A stretch of DNA of 64,000 nucleotides from Oscillospiraceae bacterium (GCA_015063845.1 SVTJ01000010.1:9846-73845); one strand, 5' to 3'; shown: positions 29,021-39,484, counted from the first letter of the stretch. Numbers and translations: made by a program. The notes: generated by a model from the letters alone, not told the origin.

Positions 29021-30325
29021 TTATTGTTTGCCAAGCATTTGGTTCACGATAGGAGTTATCATGGAATAAACTCCCTCTGCGTACTTTGCATATCCCTCGT
29101 CCGTAGGATGAAGGTCGTCGGGATAATCTGACTTCTGTGTATTATTCTTTGTATATGTATACATATCAAGAAGGTCAAGACCCAACTGCTGAGCTGCCTT
29201 TGCCTGATACTTACGAATGTATCCTTCTGCGGTAGGCTCAATATTCGAGCTGAATGCTATCGGGCAATTGAGAAGAGCTACGCGAACGTTAGCATTCTTT
29301 GCCTTAAGCTCGTTAACGATGTTTTTACAGCTGTTTATAAATGCCTGCTCATAAGCTCCGCCGAGCTCAAACGTGTATCCTGCCGCGGTACTTCTGGTCT
29401 TACTCGAGTCGTTTGTTCCAAGCATTATAAGAACAAGGTCGAGATTCTTTGCATTTGCCATGCACTTATCGTGCTCTTCGGTCTTTATCCAAGCGCGGTC
29501 ACCATCGAGCTTGCCGTCGCTATTATCGTCCCAGCAGTGGTTCTCGGTCATAGTTCTTCCGCCCTTACCGTAGTTGTAAACGACCATATCCTTCCAAGCC
29601 ATTCTCTGGAGAACTGCGGGATAAGGAACGATATCCGATCTCATACCGCTGTCAACCTTAGATTCATAGTTCTTTGTGGATTTTGTTCCGAACGTAAGGC
29701 TATCGCCTATACAGCCAACAACGATAATATTTGCCTTTGCCTTAAAGGAATATCCGCTCTCTATGTTTACGTCGTTGCTCGACATACCCATACAAAGCTC
29801 AACAAACTTCTCGGCAGCCTGCCATGTAGCGCCGTAAGAAGCGCCTACAATAATGAGCTTGCCGTTCTTCTCCTGAATGCACATATCCTTATCGTTTGCC
29901 GCATTGTAAGCAGCAAGCGCCTGACCCTCAAGGCCTCTGGCTGTATTTCCTATAATTATTTCCTTGTCAGTTGCCGCCTTACCGTCGGTAACGATGCTGA
30001 GCTTTGCGCCGAAATTCTTCTCTATAAGCGCAGCGAGATTTTGTGCTGTCTGCTTATCGTATTCGGTATCCTGCTTTACAAGTCCCTTTGCACTGCTGTT
30101 AACAATGCTATACTTGTATGCATCTGGGTTCTTTGCGTACACGATCTTATATTCGGAAATGTCAACACCGTTGATCTTCAGCGTCTTCTGCTGTACGGGG
30201 GTCTCCTCATTGGTCGTGTCTCCGTTAGCCGCGGGGGCTTCGGGAGCGGGCGTCTCTGTGTTGTTACAAGCAACAAGAGAGAGCATGAATATAAGTGCGA
30301 GTATAAGCGCAATTATTTTTTTCAT
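29021..30325 (-). CDS. SGNH esterase lipoprotein, paralog 1
   Basis: Lipobox LVA-C; GDSLT, GKGG, MLGTND, DDLHP. Confidence 0.88.
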   Translation of the reverse strand: MKKIIALILALIFMLSLVACNNTETPAPEAPAANGDTTNEETPVQQKTLKINGVDISEYKIVYAKNPDAYKYSIVNSSAKGLVKQDTEYDKQTAQNLAALIEKNFGAKLSIVTDGKAATDKEIIIGNTARGLEGQALAAYNAANDKDMCIQEKNGKLIIVGASYGATWQAAEKFVELCMGMSSNDVNIESGYSFKAKANIIVVGCIGDSLTFGTKSTKNYESKVDSGMRSDIVPYPAVLQRMAWKDMVVYNYGKGGRTMTENHCWDDNSDGKLDGDRAWIKTEEHDKCMANAKNLDLVLIMLGTNDSSKTRSTAAGYTFELGGAYEQAFINSCKNIVNELKAKNANVRVALLNCPIAFSSNIEPTAEGYIRKYQAKAAQQLGLDLLDMYTYTKNNTQKSDYPDDLHPTDEGYAKYAEGVYSMITPIVNQMLGKQ

Positions 30326-30345
30326 TTGTTTTGCTTCTCCTAACA

Positions 30346-31683
30346 TTAAATATTAAAATTCAGGTCGAGCCTGTATACTCTTCTTGGATTTGTTTTGCCA
30401 CTGCAATTAAAGCCTGCATAAAAAGCTCCGTCGTACCAAAACACGTTTTCTATCTCGTACGTAAGTGCTATTGTAAACTGCTTTACAAGCGTTCCCGTGG
30501 TCTTATCGTAAACTCGGATCACGTTGTTTTTCAACGACCCCGCGGGAGACTGGGAATAGTAGATGTAAACGTCATCACAGTCAACTCCCTGCGCCGTATG
30601 GCCAACTCCGCCACCGTCAAGGCGCTTTATAAGTCTGAGATTTTCATCAAGTATCAAAAGACCGTATCCGTTGACCTTATAGTTGCTCTCCGCGCAAGAA
30701 TAAGTATTGGATATCGGATCATACGCGATACCGAAGCAACCGATAGTGTGATTCGTAATGGTTCCCGTTCCTGTAACGGCAAGCGACTTAGGGCTGACAA
30801 ACGACACGTTGAAGGTGTTTATCGAGCACCACGCCACCACAAAGCGGTCATGCTTTGAGTCATACGTCATATCATTCGCGTGAGCTACGCTGATTATCGG
30901 GCCTGTCTTTACGACCTCATTGGTCTTGGGATCCACCTTGACCACACGTGTCTGGTCATTCGCATTATCAGTTCCGTCTGTTATAAGAAAATAGAAATAT
31001 TCTCCATCGGTGCAGCCGCCCTGTATAAGTGTAAGCGTTTTTTGTGAGTCTCCGTCACGCTGAGCCTCTAACTCCTGTACCAATGTGGGAGTAAGCACAT
31101 CGGATACTACGTTCTCTCCGAGTGAAAGATAAAGAGCCGCAGAGGGCGTTCCCTTTTGCGAATAACTAAAGTTCTTATCAAGCGTGAACAGCTTTCCCGA
31201 GTCCTTGGCTCCTATACAGTTATCAATAAAATACAGTATACCCTCAAATACGTAGTCGTCGTTGTATCCCTTGATAACTATCTTAGTTCCCTTGGTGCTG
31301 ATTATGAATGATGTCTTGGGGCAGCTGATCTCGGCGGTTTCCGCTCTGTTGGTCTCTCCGAGCAATATCTCATAGTCCTCGTTTGTTGCCGCCGTGCCGT
31401 CATTTATCACACCGACCGTACAGCCCGTTTTTTCAGAAATAGCATTCTTTAGCTTTTCAGCAAACACACCGTACATTGCCTTTGCGTCCTTGGGATAGAC
31501 AATGGTGAACTGCGTAGTAAGAAGCTCAAAAGGATTTACCTGAGGTACATCTGCGCTCTCTTCTTGCTTGGGAGCGTCGCCCGTCGGCTCTGTTCCGTCT
31601 GCTTGTATCGTATCGTCCTTATCGCATGCCGCAAACGAAAGAAGCATCAACAATGCCAATATTAACGACAAAACTTTCTTCAT
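30346..31683 (-). CDS. Lipoprotein: shared N-terminal module plus putative beta-propeller domain
   Basis: Lipobox FAA-C; QGGCTDG, HANDMTYD, QGVDCD, EIEN. Confidence 0.8.
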   Translation of the reverse strand: MKKVLSLILALLMLLSFAACDKDDTIQADGTEPTGDAPKQEESADVPQVNPFELLTTQFTIVYPKDAKAMYGVFAEKLKNAISEKTGCTVGVINDGTAATNEDYEILLGETNRAETAEISCPKTSFIISTKGTKIVIKGYNDDYVFEGILYFIDNCIGAKDSGKLFTLDKNFSYSQKGTPSAALYLSLGENVVSDVLTPTLVQELEAQRDGDSQKTLTLIQGGCTDGEYFYFLITDGTDNANDQTRVVKVDPKTNEVVKTGPIISVAHANDMTYDSKHDRFVVAWCSINTFNVSFVSPKSLAVTGTGTITNHTIGCFGIAYDPISNTYSCAESNYKVNGYGLLILDENLRLIKRLDGGGVGHTAQGVDCDDVYIYYSQSPAGSLKNNVIRVYDKTTGTLVKQFTIALTYEIENVFWYDGAFYAGFNCSGKTNPRRVYRLDLNFNI

Positions 31684-31708
31684 ACGCAGTCCTCCTTATA
31701 AATCAATC

Positions 31709-33199
31709 TCAGTTTTTCTCTACCAGCGTCATCTCATATACGTCGCCCGTTTTTTCGCGACTGTTATCGAAGGTTATAATAAACTTATCGTCCTTTATAA
31801 ACAGATTTGCGCCGGAAGCGACCTTGGGTATCGCGATCTTCTTGACAAAATCGCCGTCCCAATCGTACACCCAAAGCCAATTATGTCTTGTATTGGATTG
31901 CAGGAAATAGATATACTTGTTGTCGCACTCCATTCCGTGTCTTACGTATCCGTCAAGACCGCGAAGTCTCTTTACGTATCCCCAGTCCTTATCGAACACG
32001 TCAGAGTCGTATCCGCTGTTTCCAACGATAAATCTCTCGTTCTTCTTGTCGTAGGCAATACCGTACTGAATCACGCGTATTTCAAGCTCTCTTGTCTCCA
32101 CGACCTCAAGGGTGTCCGCATTTACAAACGATGCGTTCTTATCGCCGTGCGTTACAACAAGCAGATTTTTGTTGGGGTCATACGCGATGTCCGTTGCTTT
32201 TCCTAAGCTGAGCGCCTCGGACTTAGCGACCACCGTCCAGCTCTGCGTATCGACCTTTACAAGCTTTGTTCTCGACTTATCCGCATCGACTCTTTCTGCT
32301 ATCGAGTAGTAAGCGTACGTTCCGTCGCTTGCTCCTCCGCGGATAGCGCAAGTCTCAAAACCCTCAATTGCCGTGGGCAAAACCAGCTTTTTCTCAAGTA
32401 TAGCCTCAAGCTCACGGGATCCTGCGTCTCTGATGATCTCGGGAATAGTTTTGCTCTTCTTGGGTTTTCTCGTAAGCGTCATCTCATAGATGTCGCCCGT
32501 CTGATCTTTGAAATTATTGAATGCCGCGATAAACTTATCACCTCTTATAAAGAGGTTCTCGCTCTCGCCTACCATAGGCACGGTGAACTTCTTAAGATAA
32601 TTACCGTCCCAATCGTATACCCATATCCAATTGTTGCGCTTGCCCGTATGGAAGAAGTAAATAAACTCGTCGTCACACTCCATTCCCTGCTTGGTATATC
32701 CGTCCTGACCTTCATAGGTCTTGATAAGCTCAAAATCGGAATTTGTTATACCGATATCGTAGCAAAGGCTCTTTCCAATGGCGTACTGATCTCTTTTTGC
32801 GTTGTATGCCATACTGTACTGTCCGCCCGTGGTAAGCTCACGTACCTCGAGCTCCTCAAGAGTGTCAGGATCAACGAAGGAAATTCTCTTGTTGCAGTGA
32901 CAAACCACCACAACTCCTCTCTTAGAATCGTAGGTCACGTCATTTGCGTGCGCCCACTTAAAGCCCTGTCTTTGCGCGACTATTTCCCAGGTTTCGAGGT
33001 CTATCTTGTACATTCTGCTAAGCTCCTCGCCTGTGTTGCCGCCCTCGTTGATTATATAGTAGGCGTACTTTCCGTTAGTTCCGCCGCCCTGCATATAGCA
33101 CTTTTTGTAGCCCTCAACGAACGTGGGAATGCTGAGTTTCTTTTCGATAGTCACCTCTATCTCATCGCCGTCAAGCTCTCTTATGATGTCACTTATCAT
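31709..33199 (-). CDS. Protein with two tandem putative beta-propeller domains (no signal peptide)
   Basis: Internal duplication; first copy has intact QG/HAND/QG/ESE motifs, second is degenerate. Confidence 0.8.
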   Translation of the reverse strand: MISDIIRELDGDEIEVTIEKKLSIPTFVEGYKKCYMQGGGTNGKYAYYIINEGGNTGEELSRMYKIDLETWEIVAQRQGFKWAHANDVTYDSKRGVVVVCHCNKRISFVDPDTLEELEVRELTTGGQYSMAYNAKRDQYAIGKSLCYDIGITNSDFELIKTYEGQDGYTKQGMECDDEFIYFFHTGKRNNWIWVYDWDGNYLKKFTVPMVGESENLFIRGDKFIAAFNNFKDQTGDIYEMTLTRKPKKSKTIPEIIRDAGSRELEAILEKKLVLPTAIEGFETCAIRGGASDGTYAYYSIAERVDADKSRTKLVKVDTQSWTVVAKSEALSLGKATDIAYDPNKNLLVVTHGDKNASFVNADTLEVVETRELEIRVIQYGIAYDKKNERFIVGNSGYDSDVFDKDWGYVKRLRGLDGYVRHGMECDNKYIYFLQSNTRHNWLWVYDWDGDFVKKIAIPKVASGANLFIKDDKFIITFDNSREKTGDVYEMTLVEKN

Positions 33200-33212
33200 T
33201 TTTGTTCCTCTT

Positions 33213-33968
33213 TTATTTCTTAGGTGTAACCTTCATTACGTAGATATGTGCCGTTCTATCCTTATGCACGTTGAATGAGCCTATAAGCTCGTCTCCTCTA
33301 AAGAACAGGTGCTCGCTCTCGCCTACCATCGGCACTTTTATCTTACCGTAATACTTGCCGTCCCAATCGTAGACAAATATCCAGTTATAGCGACAGCCTG
33401 TCTGGAAGAAGTAGATAAAATCGTCGTCACATTCAATGCCCTGCTTTACGTGACCGTCCTCACCCTCAATGTCGTAAAGAGGATTGAAATCCTCGTCAAG
33501 AACTGCAAGGTCGTACGTTGCGGTCTTACCAACGACATACTGATTTCTCTTTGCGTTATACGCCATTGCAAAATGTCTTGTGGAGATACTCTTTACCTCG
33601 ATAAGCTTAAGAGTATCGGGATCTATAATGGACATGTCGTGTGCGTCCACGTTACAATGAGAAACGAGCAATCTATGATGCTTTGCGTCATAAGCTACGT
33701 CGTTTGCGTGGCACATATAAAAATCATGCGCCTCTTCAACTATTTCCCACTTATCAAGATCTACTTTTATTATTTTGCTTCTGACTTCCGCGGTAGAGCC
33801 GTGCTCGTTCATTACGAAATAGCCGTACTTTCCGTCTGTTACGCCGCCCTGCAAGCCCATGGTTTTGTAGTGTTCGTCCACGCTGTTAAGTGTCAGCTTA
33901 GGCTCAAGAGTGACCTCAAGTCCGTCACAACCGTATCTCTTAATAAGTTCACTAACTGCTGTACTCAT
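33213..33968 (-). CDS. Single putative beta-propeller protein (no signal peptide)
   Basis: QGGVTDG, HANDVAYD, QGIECD, ESEH; start after GAGG. Confidence 0.8.
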   Translation of the reverse strand: MSTAVSELIKRYGCDGLEVTLEPKLTLNSVDEHYKTMGLQGGVTDGKYGYFVMNEHGSTAEVRSKIIKVDLDKWEIVEEAHDFYMCHANDVAYDAKHHRLLVSHCNVDAHDMSIIDPDTLKLIEVKSISTRHFAMAYNAKRNQYVVGKTATYDLAVLDEDFNPLYDIEGEDGHVKQGIECDDDFIYFFQTGCRYNWIFVYDWDGKYYGKIKVPMVGESEHLFFRGDELIGSFNVHKDRTAHIYVMKVTPKK

Positions 33969-34070
33969 AATATTTTCCTCGTTAAAATTTTTGCTTTCTT
34001 TGTACAAAAGGGCAGCAAAAAACCGTTTCAGTTTTCTGCCGCCCTCCATTCTTTTTATATAAGAATTAAA

Positions 34071-35540
34071 TCAGAATGACAACTGATAAAGAAGTCTCTC
34101 TCCGTTGGAGCAGTTAAATCCTGCCCAGAAGCTGTTGTCATACCAGAATATGTGCTCGATCTCATCAGGAAGATCGATAGTAAGTGTGCAAATGTAATTG
34201 CCGTCATAGTCATACACGTTGACTATATTCATCACGTCTATAACACCGTATGTTTCAGACGTCTTAGCGTTGTTCGGCGATGCGGTATAATAGATGTACT
34301 TGGAATCACAGTGAATACCCTGAGATACGTATCCCATGCTTATTCCCTTGAATTCCTTTACCTTTTGATACGCAGTCGCTGTTTTAGCGTTCTTTGCAAT
34401 GATTATAGGATAACCGTTTATTGCATATTTGCTGCCCGAGAATACCATGCGGTTTCCAACCTCATCATAGTCTATCGCGAAGAATGCCTGCGAGAAAGAG
34501 GGAGAGGATGTAACCTTAAGAGTATTCATATCAATGTACGATACTGTTGTAGCGTCAACCGAGCACCAAGCAACAACGAGTCTGTTGTACTTGGAATCAT
34601 ACGTAAGGTCATTGGAGTGAGCAACGCTTATGATCGGACCTATCTGAACTATTTCCATAGTTTTGGGATCCATCTTTATAACGCGGGTCTCATCTGCCAC
34701 TCCGTATGCCGCATCAGCCGCTCCGTCTTTGGGGTTGGTAAGAAGGAAGTAGAAATACTTTCCGTCGGTACAACCGCCCTGAATATTGGCAATGGTTCTC
34801 GCGTCTTTGCTATCAAAATACTGACCGAACTTATATACCTGCTTAGTGGTGAGAGCTATTGTCTTACCTGCAAAGGTCTTACCTGTGGCTTTAAAAGCAT
34901 CTGCATCACTGGAAGAAGAAAACAGCTGGAACGTCTTATTCTTCTTCTCAAGTCTGTCGATATATGCGAATGCCGCATTCTCGGGAGACTCGGTATAAGA
35001 GTAGTCTGTGTTGATATTGAGAAGAGTTCCCGCGGAAGAACTACCGATGCAATTATCTATGAAATAGAACAATCCCATCGTTGTGTAGTACTGGCTCGAG
35101 CCCTTGATGACGACCTTTTTACCTACTACCTTGATAACAAAGCTATTTTCAGGGCACTCAGTAAGTGCGGTCTCAAGACGGTTGGTGCCACCAAGGAGTA
35201 TCTCATAATTGTCGTTTTTGATCTCAGTAGAGGTGTTACCCTTCTCGAAATCGGTTGCGGCGGAAAGAGTTACTCCCGTCTTGTTGGCGATAGTCTTGAT
35301 AAGAGAAGGAATGTGTTTGTTATAATACGCTTCTTCCGCATCAGGACAAATGATCTTTATCGCCGTGTTATTTATGTCGGCATACAACCCCGGGGGGAGC
35401 TGCTCGACAGTTCTGTCCGTATCGGTCGTTCCGTCTGCCGCAGGTGCATCGGGGGTGATGGTATCCTGAGTACAGGATACCATCATAACAAGCACCAGAA
35501 TAAGGCAAACGATCGCCGAAAATAGTTTCTTGTTTTTCAT
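34071..35540 (-). CDS. Lipoprotein: shared N-terminal module plus putative beta-propeller domain
   Basis: Lipobox MVS-C; QGGCTDG, HSNDLTYD, QGIHCD, EIEH. Confidence 0.8.
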   Translation of the reverse strand: MKNKKLFSAIVCLILVLVMMVSCTQDTITPDAPAADGTTDTDRTVEQLPPGLYADINNTAIKIICPDAEEAYYNKHIPSLIKTIANKTGVTLSAATDFEKGNTSTEIKNDNYEILLGGTNRLETALTECPENSFVIKVVGKKVVIKGSSQYYTTMGLFYFIDNCIGSSSAGTLLNINTDYSYTESPENAAFAYIDRLEKKNKTFQLFSSSSDADAFKATGKTFAGKTIALTTKQVYKFGQYFDSKDARTIANIQGGCTDGKYFYFLLTNPKDGAADAAYGVADETRVIKMDPKTMEIVQIGPIISVAHSNDLTYDSKYNRLVVAWCSVDATTVSYIDMNTLKVTSSPSFSQAFFAIDYDEVGNRMVFSGSKYAINGYPIIIAKNAKTATAYQKVKEFKGISMGYVSQGIHCDSKYIYYTASPNNAKTSETYGVIDVMNIVNVYDYDGNYICTLTIDLPDEIEHIFWYDNSFWAGFNCSNGERLLYQLSF

Positions 35541-35557
35541 ATTTTCCTCAAACCAAG

Positions 35558-37099
35558 TTAAGCAGCCTTCTTAGCCTCAAGTCCCTCGAATGCTGTGTTC
35601 AAGTTACCAACGTTCTTCTTGAGTGCGGTGTTAACAGATGTGATAGCGGTAGAAGCGGGGTTCTGTCCACCTGCGCTCTTACCGTCGATAACGATATTTC
35701 TCAAGAATGTTGTAACACCGCTTCCTATACCCTCGTTAAGAACGCCTGTGTAGATAGCTGTAAGAGGCATGCAAGATCCCTCATAGATGATGTCGAGCAT
35801 TTCCTGAGTATCAACGTCCTGAGCGAAACGGTACTGCATGATGTTGTTGTAGTACTCGTCAACTACGATCTTGTAGGACTCGGAAGCGAGGCACTCGAGA
35901 ACTGCGCCAACCATCTGGATACGATCGTCGGATACAGGCTGGAGAATACCAAGTGCGGATACCTGGTCCTGAACGCCCGTGTAGTAAGCGCCCTGGTCCT
36001 TATTGAGCATAGGCATAGGAACTATACCGTACTCAATATCACCGAGCTGCTGAGTTGTTCTCTCGATGTTGTAGATAACTGTGTTGGACATCGCTGCTCT
36101 CTTGTTGTAGAAGGTCTCGTGAGCAGTAGAGATGTTCGTAAAGCTATCATCATCATATGTTGCTACGAAGCAAGAAGCGTCTGAGTAGAGATCGATTATA
36201 GCCTGAGAAGCAGATACGACCTTACTCTTTGCAGTCTTGTTGTTTCCAACGTACTGGAATGCGTTGTTAGCATCCTTAGCAACGAGAGGCGCGTTAAGGC
36301 TTACCCAATAGGGGTCGATACTTACCTTAAGACCGCCAGCCATACCGTAAATAGCGGTATCGGGGTTAGCAGTACCTGTTGCAAGTCTTCTGGACATGTT
36401 GAGCTGGTACTCCATTGTCCATTCCTTATTTCTGACTACGTCGTAAAGATTAGCCTCCTGCTTATTGTTAAGCATGGTCTTGTTGAATATAGTACAGTTA
36501 AGGCAACGGTAGATAGAAAGAACTATAGAACCGTTAGCGATGTACTGACGGTCAGCGCCGTAGGACAGAGCGGAGTTAAAGCCCTGAGACCAGTACAGCT
36601 TGTTGAGATTAAGGTATGTGCAGTTATGGAGGTTACGGAAGTAACCGTTGTTAACGGAAGCAGTGGTAAGGTATGTAGCTCCAACTGCAACGTCATAAGT
36701 AGCGTCGCCAGCCTCTGCAGCCGTACGGATCATTGTGTTGATCTTGGAAATATCGGACGCAGACTCCTGGTTAAGGATTATGTTGAGGTTAACGCCAAGT
36801 CTGGACTTAACGGTCTCATTTCTCTTGAAAACTGCGCTCTCGATAGCGTTTGCGGAAGCACCCTCTGCGTAGAACTCAGCCTTAACGGTGTCCTTTGCGG
36901 AGCAAAGAATGGTTACCGTCTGACCGCCGTAGTTAAGCTCAGCGGGAAGCTCGTCTCCGTAAGGATCGTTGTTAACAACGGGAGGGGGAGCGTCAGTCGT
37001 TCCGTCATCGTCCTTCTTTTTGCCCTTACATGCAACGAGCATAGCTCCGAGCATGATAATAGCAAGAAGGAGAGACAAAATTCTAAGTGTGTTTTTCAT
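35558..37099 (-). CDS. Extracellular solute-binding lipoprotein (sugar SBP-like)
   Basis: Lipobox LVA-C; AVFKRN...LGVNL, FNK, WT, YGIVPMP and GAVLE segments typical of clostridial family-1 SBPs. Confidence 0.8.
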   Translation of the reverse strand: MKNTLRILSLLLAIIMLGAMLVACKGKKKDDDGTTDAPPPVVNNDPYGDELPAELNYGGQTVTILCSAKDTVKAEFYAEGASANAIESAVFKRNETVKSRLGVNLNIILNQESASDISKINTMIRTAAEAGDATYDVAVGATYLTTASVNNGYFRNLHNCTYLNLNKLYWSQGFNSALSYGADRQYIANGSIVLSIYRCLNCTIFNKTMLNNKQEANLYDVVRNKEWTMEYQLNMSRRLATGTANPDTAIYGMAGGLKVSIDPYWVSLNAPLVAKDANNAFQYVGNNKTAKSKVVSASQAIIDLYSDASCFVATYDDDSFTNISTAHETFYNKRAAMSNTVIYNIERTTQQLGDIEYGIVPMPMLNKDQGAYYTGVQDQVSALGILQPVSDDRIQMVGAVLECLASESYKIVVDEYYNNIMQYRFAQDVDTQEMLDIIYEGSCMPLTAIYTGVLNEGIGSGVTTFLRNIVIDGKSAGGQNPASTAITSVNTALKKNVGNLNTAFEGLEAKKAA

Positions 37100-37225
37100 T
37101 GTTTTTCCTCTCAAATAAATTTGAAATTCGGCATTTATGCCCCGCTTGAATATTCAGCCATGTAGCGAGCACCCAAAGCGGGGCAAAAACGTCAATTATT
37201 TGTTGAGCCTAATTAAAATTGTAAA

Positions 37226-39370
37226 TTAGTCCTCGCGCTTCTTTGCGACAAATCCGCAAGCTGCGCCTGCAACAGCGATGATAGCTACTGCGCCAACACC
37301 GATAGAGTTCTTACAACCCTTCTTCTCAGTGGTTGCATTGTCTGCGGGTGCGTCGTTTGTAGCTGCGTTGTTGTCGGTGGTGGTGTTGTCGGTTGCACCT
37401 GTATCTGTGCTTCCGTCGCCCTCGCCGCCTTCGCCTTCGCCTTCGCCTTCGTCACCGGAGTCGATAACGGGAGCCTGAGGCTCGGGAGCGGTGTAGGTGT
37501 GCGCGATGTTAAGAGCGTTGCCGTTAGCGAGACATCCTGTTGTTGCTACGCTTCCCTCAAGGAAAGGATTGTCAATAACAGGAATAGCTCCTGTAAATGC
37601 GCAGTTCTCGAGCTTGAGAACGAGCTTGTAGGAGTCAACTGTTGCGTTGTAATCCTCGTGATCGGGAGCTACCGATGTGTTGACAGCGGTCTTAGCGATC
37701 TTGAATGCATAGTTGCCCTCAGCAGTACCTGCTACGAGAGTGAGGTTCTTTACTGTGATCTCACCGGAAGAAACGGTAAGTCCGTTTGTTGCGGATGTGA
37801 TTGTCTTGTTGTTACCATCAATAGTCATCTTCTGACCTCTGTTGAGGATCTCGGTGGGAGTGATGGTTATATCCTTAAGAAGTGTTACTGTAGAATCTTT
37901 ATCAGCAACACCGTTGATTGCCTGTGCGAATGCGGGAACAGTAGCTGTTCCGTAAGAACCTGTGCTGGAGTGTGTGTAATCCTGGATGTAGTAGTTCTTG
38001 CCGTTGGAGTTAGTAACCTTAACTGTTGCCTTTGCGGGAGCAGTTGAGGGTTCCTCGTACTCAACAGTCCACTTTGTTACGTTCGTGAAGCTCTTGCCGT
38101 AAAGATCAACATTGGAAACTGTGCTTTCGGTTGTCTTGTACTGGTCAGCGGGAACGTGCTGGATAGAGGTTGTAGACTCGGAAGCAATTGCCGTTATGTT
38201 ATACTCACGGCTGGAATTTGTCGAATAGAAGTTACCGCCGTAGATAGCTGTGTTTACCTTAGAAACGTCAGCGTCGTTTACAGGGTTACCGCTGCTGTAG
38301 TTACCGATAAGCTGAGACTTGTTAGCGTTAACGTCAGCTGTCATGAAGGAGTAGAAGTCTCCGCCAAAGATATTGATAAATCCGTAGTCATTACCCGAGG
38401 AGATACCGCCGAGGAGAACGAAGTCTCTCTGAGTACCGAAAGCAGTACCGTCAGCGAGCTTTGCCTTACCCGAGAAGCAAGCAAACGTACCGCCGTGAAT
38501 GTTAACAAGTCCGCCTGCGTCGCCACGGATAACACAACCGTCGGTGTTAGTGTTTGCCTTCTTGGTTGTATCATCATCATTGTACTGACCTGCTGTCTTG
38601 TTTATGATGGGCTTGATGAACAAACCGCCATAAACGGTAAGAGAAGCGGTTACGTTAGAAAGGTTTGTCTGCTTGGTTTCGTTCTTAACACGTGCAACGA
38701 ACGAGCAGTCCTCACCTACGAAGTTACCGTCATAAACTACCATGTTACCTCTGTCAACTGCGAGAACCTGACCGGAAACGCCGTATGCCTTGTATGTACC
38801 GCCGTTGATGTAAACAGTGGAACGAGTTGTTGCGCTGAGCTGAACTGCAATGGAGTTGAGCTCTGCGGAAGACTTAGCTCTTGCGTAAGGTGCTCTGCCC
38901 TCTGTTGTCTGACCTGCTGCAGTACCGCCGGTGTATACGTTTACGTTGTTAAGGTAAACCTGAGAACCCGACTTTACGCTGATACCGCTACCCATAGTAA
39001 TGAGGGTAAGGTCGTTGATCTCGAGATAGTTGGAAGTTGTTGTCAAAAGATAGTTCTTATTTGCGAGTGATGTAATAGGGGAAGAAATGGTGTGGTTGTT
39101 ACCGTTAATTACCCACTTAGATGTTATGCCTGTTTCTTCACTGTTCTGGAAGATAAGGGCAAAGGTTGAGAAATCCTTAATGACGTTTACTGTACCGCCT
39201 GTAGGGCAAGCAAGAATAACGTCGAGGATGTTTTCTTCAGTTACCTCTACGCCGTTAACTGTTGCAACGGTGTCAGCTGCGTATTCAGCAGCGGAAGCGG
39301 GAACTGAGAAGAGTCCTACGAGTGCTGTAAGAACGAGCACGAGGGACATTACGAATGATAATTTTTTCAT
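37226..39370 (-). CDS. Cell-surface protein, beta-helix-like, with acidic linker and C-terminal membrane anchor
   Basis: Sec signal (ASA-A), repeated I(Y/N/H)GG(T/N/D)F units, GEGEG linker, KKGC-hydrophobic-KKRED tail. Confidence 0.8.
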   Translation of the reverse strand: MKKLSFVMSLVLVLTALVGLFSVPASAAEYAADTVATVNGVEVTEENILDVILACPTGGTVNVIKDFSTFALIFQNSEETGITSKWVINGNNHTISSPITSLANKNYLLTTTSNYLEINDLTLITMGSGISVKSGSQVYLNNVNVYTGGTAAGQTTEGRAPYARAKSSAELNSIAVQLSATTRSTVYINGGTYKAYGVSGQVLAVDRGNMVVYDGNFVGEDCSFVARVKNETKQTNLSNVTASLTVYGGLFIKPIINKTAGQYNDDDTTKKANTNTDGCVIRGDAGGLVNIHGGTFACFSGKAKLADGTAFGTQRDFVLLGGISSGNDYGFINIFGGDFYSFMTADVNANKSQLIGNYSSGNPVNDADVSKVNTAIYGGNFYSTNSSREYNITAIASESTTSIQHVPADQYKTTESTVSNVDLYGKSFTNVTKWTVEYEEPSTAPAKATVKVTNSNGKNYYIQDYTHSSTGSYGTATVPAFAQAINGVADKDSTVTLLKDITITPTEILNRGQKMTIDGNNKTITSATNGLTVSSGEITVKNLTLVAGTAEGNYAFKIAKTAVNTSVAPDHEDYNATVDSYKLVLKLENCAFTGAIPVIDNPFLEGSVATTGCLANGNALNIAHTYTAPEPQAPVIDSGDEGEGEGEGGEGDGSTDTGATDNTTTDNNAATNDAPADNATTEKKGCKNSIGVGAVAIIAVAGAACGFVAKKRED

Positions 39371-39484
39371 TTTGGTGTTCTCCTTTTTTGTTGATTTATA
39401 TTCAAACTCCACGGCAATTCCGACCTTGCCGCAGAACCTAAATCAAGTTTTGGAAAGTGCGCCGTATCGGCGCGGTGGATATCC

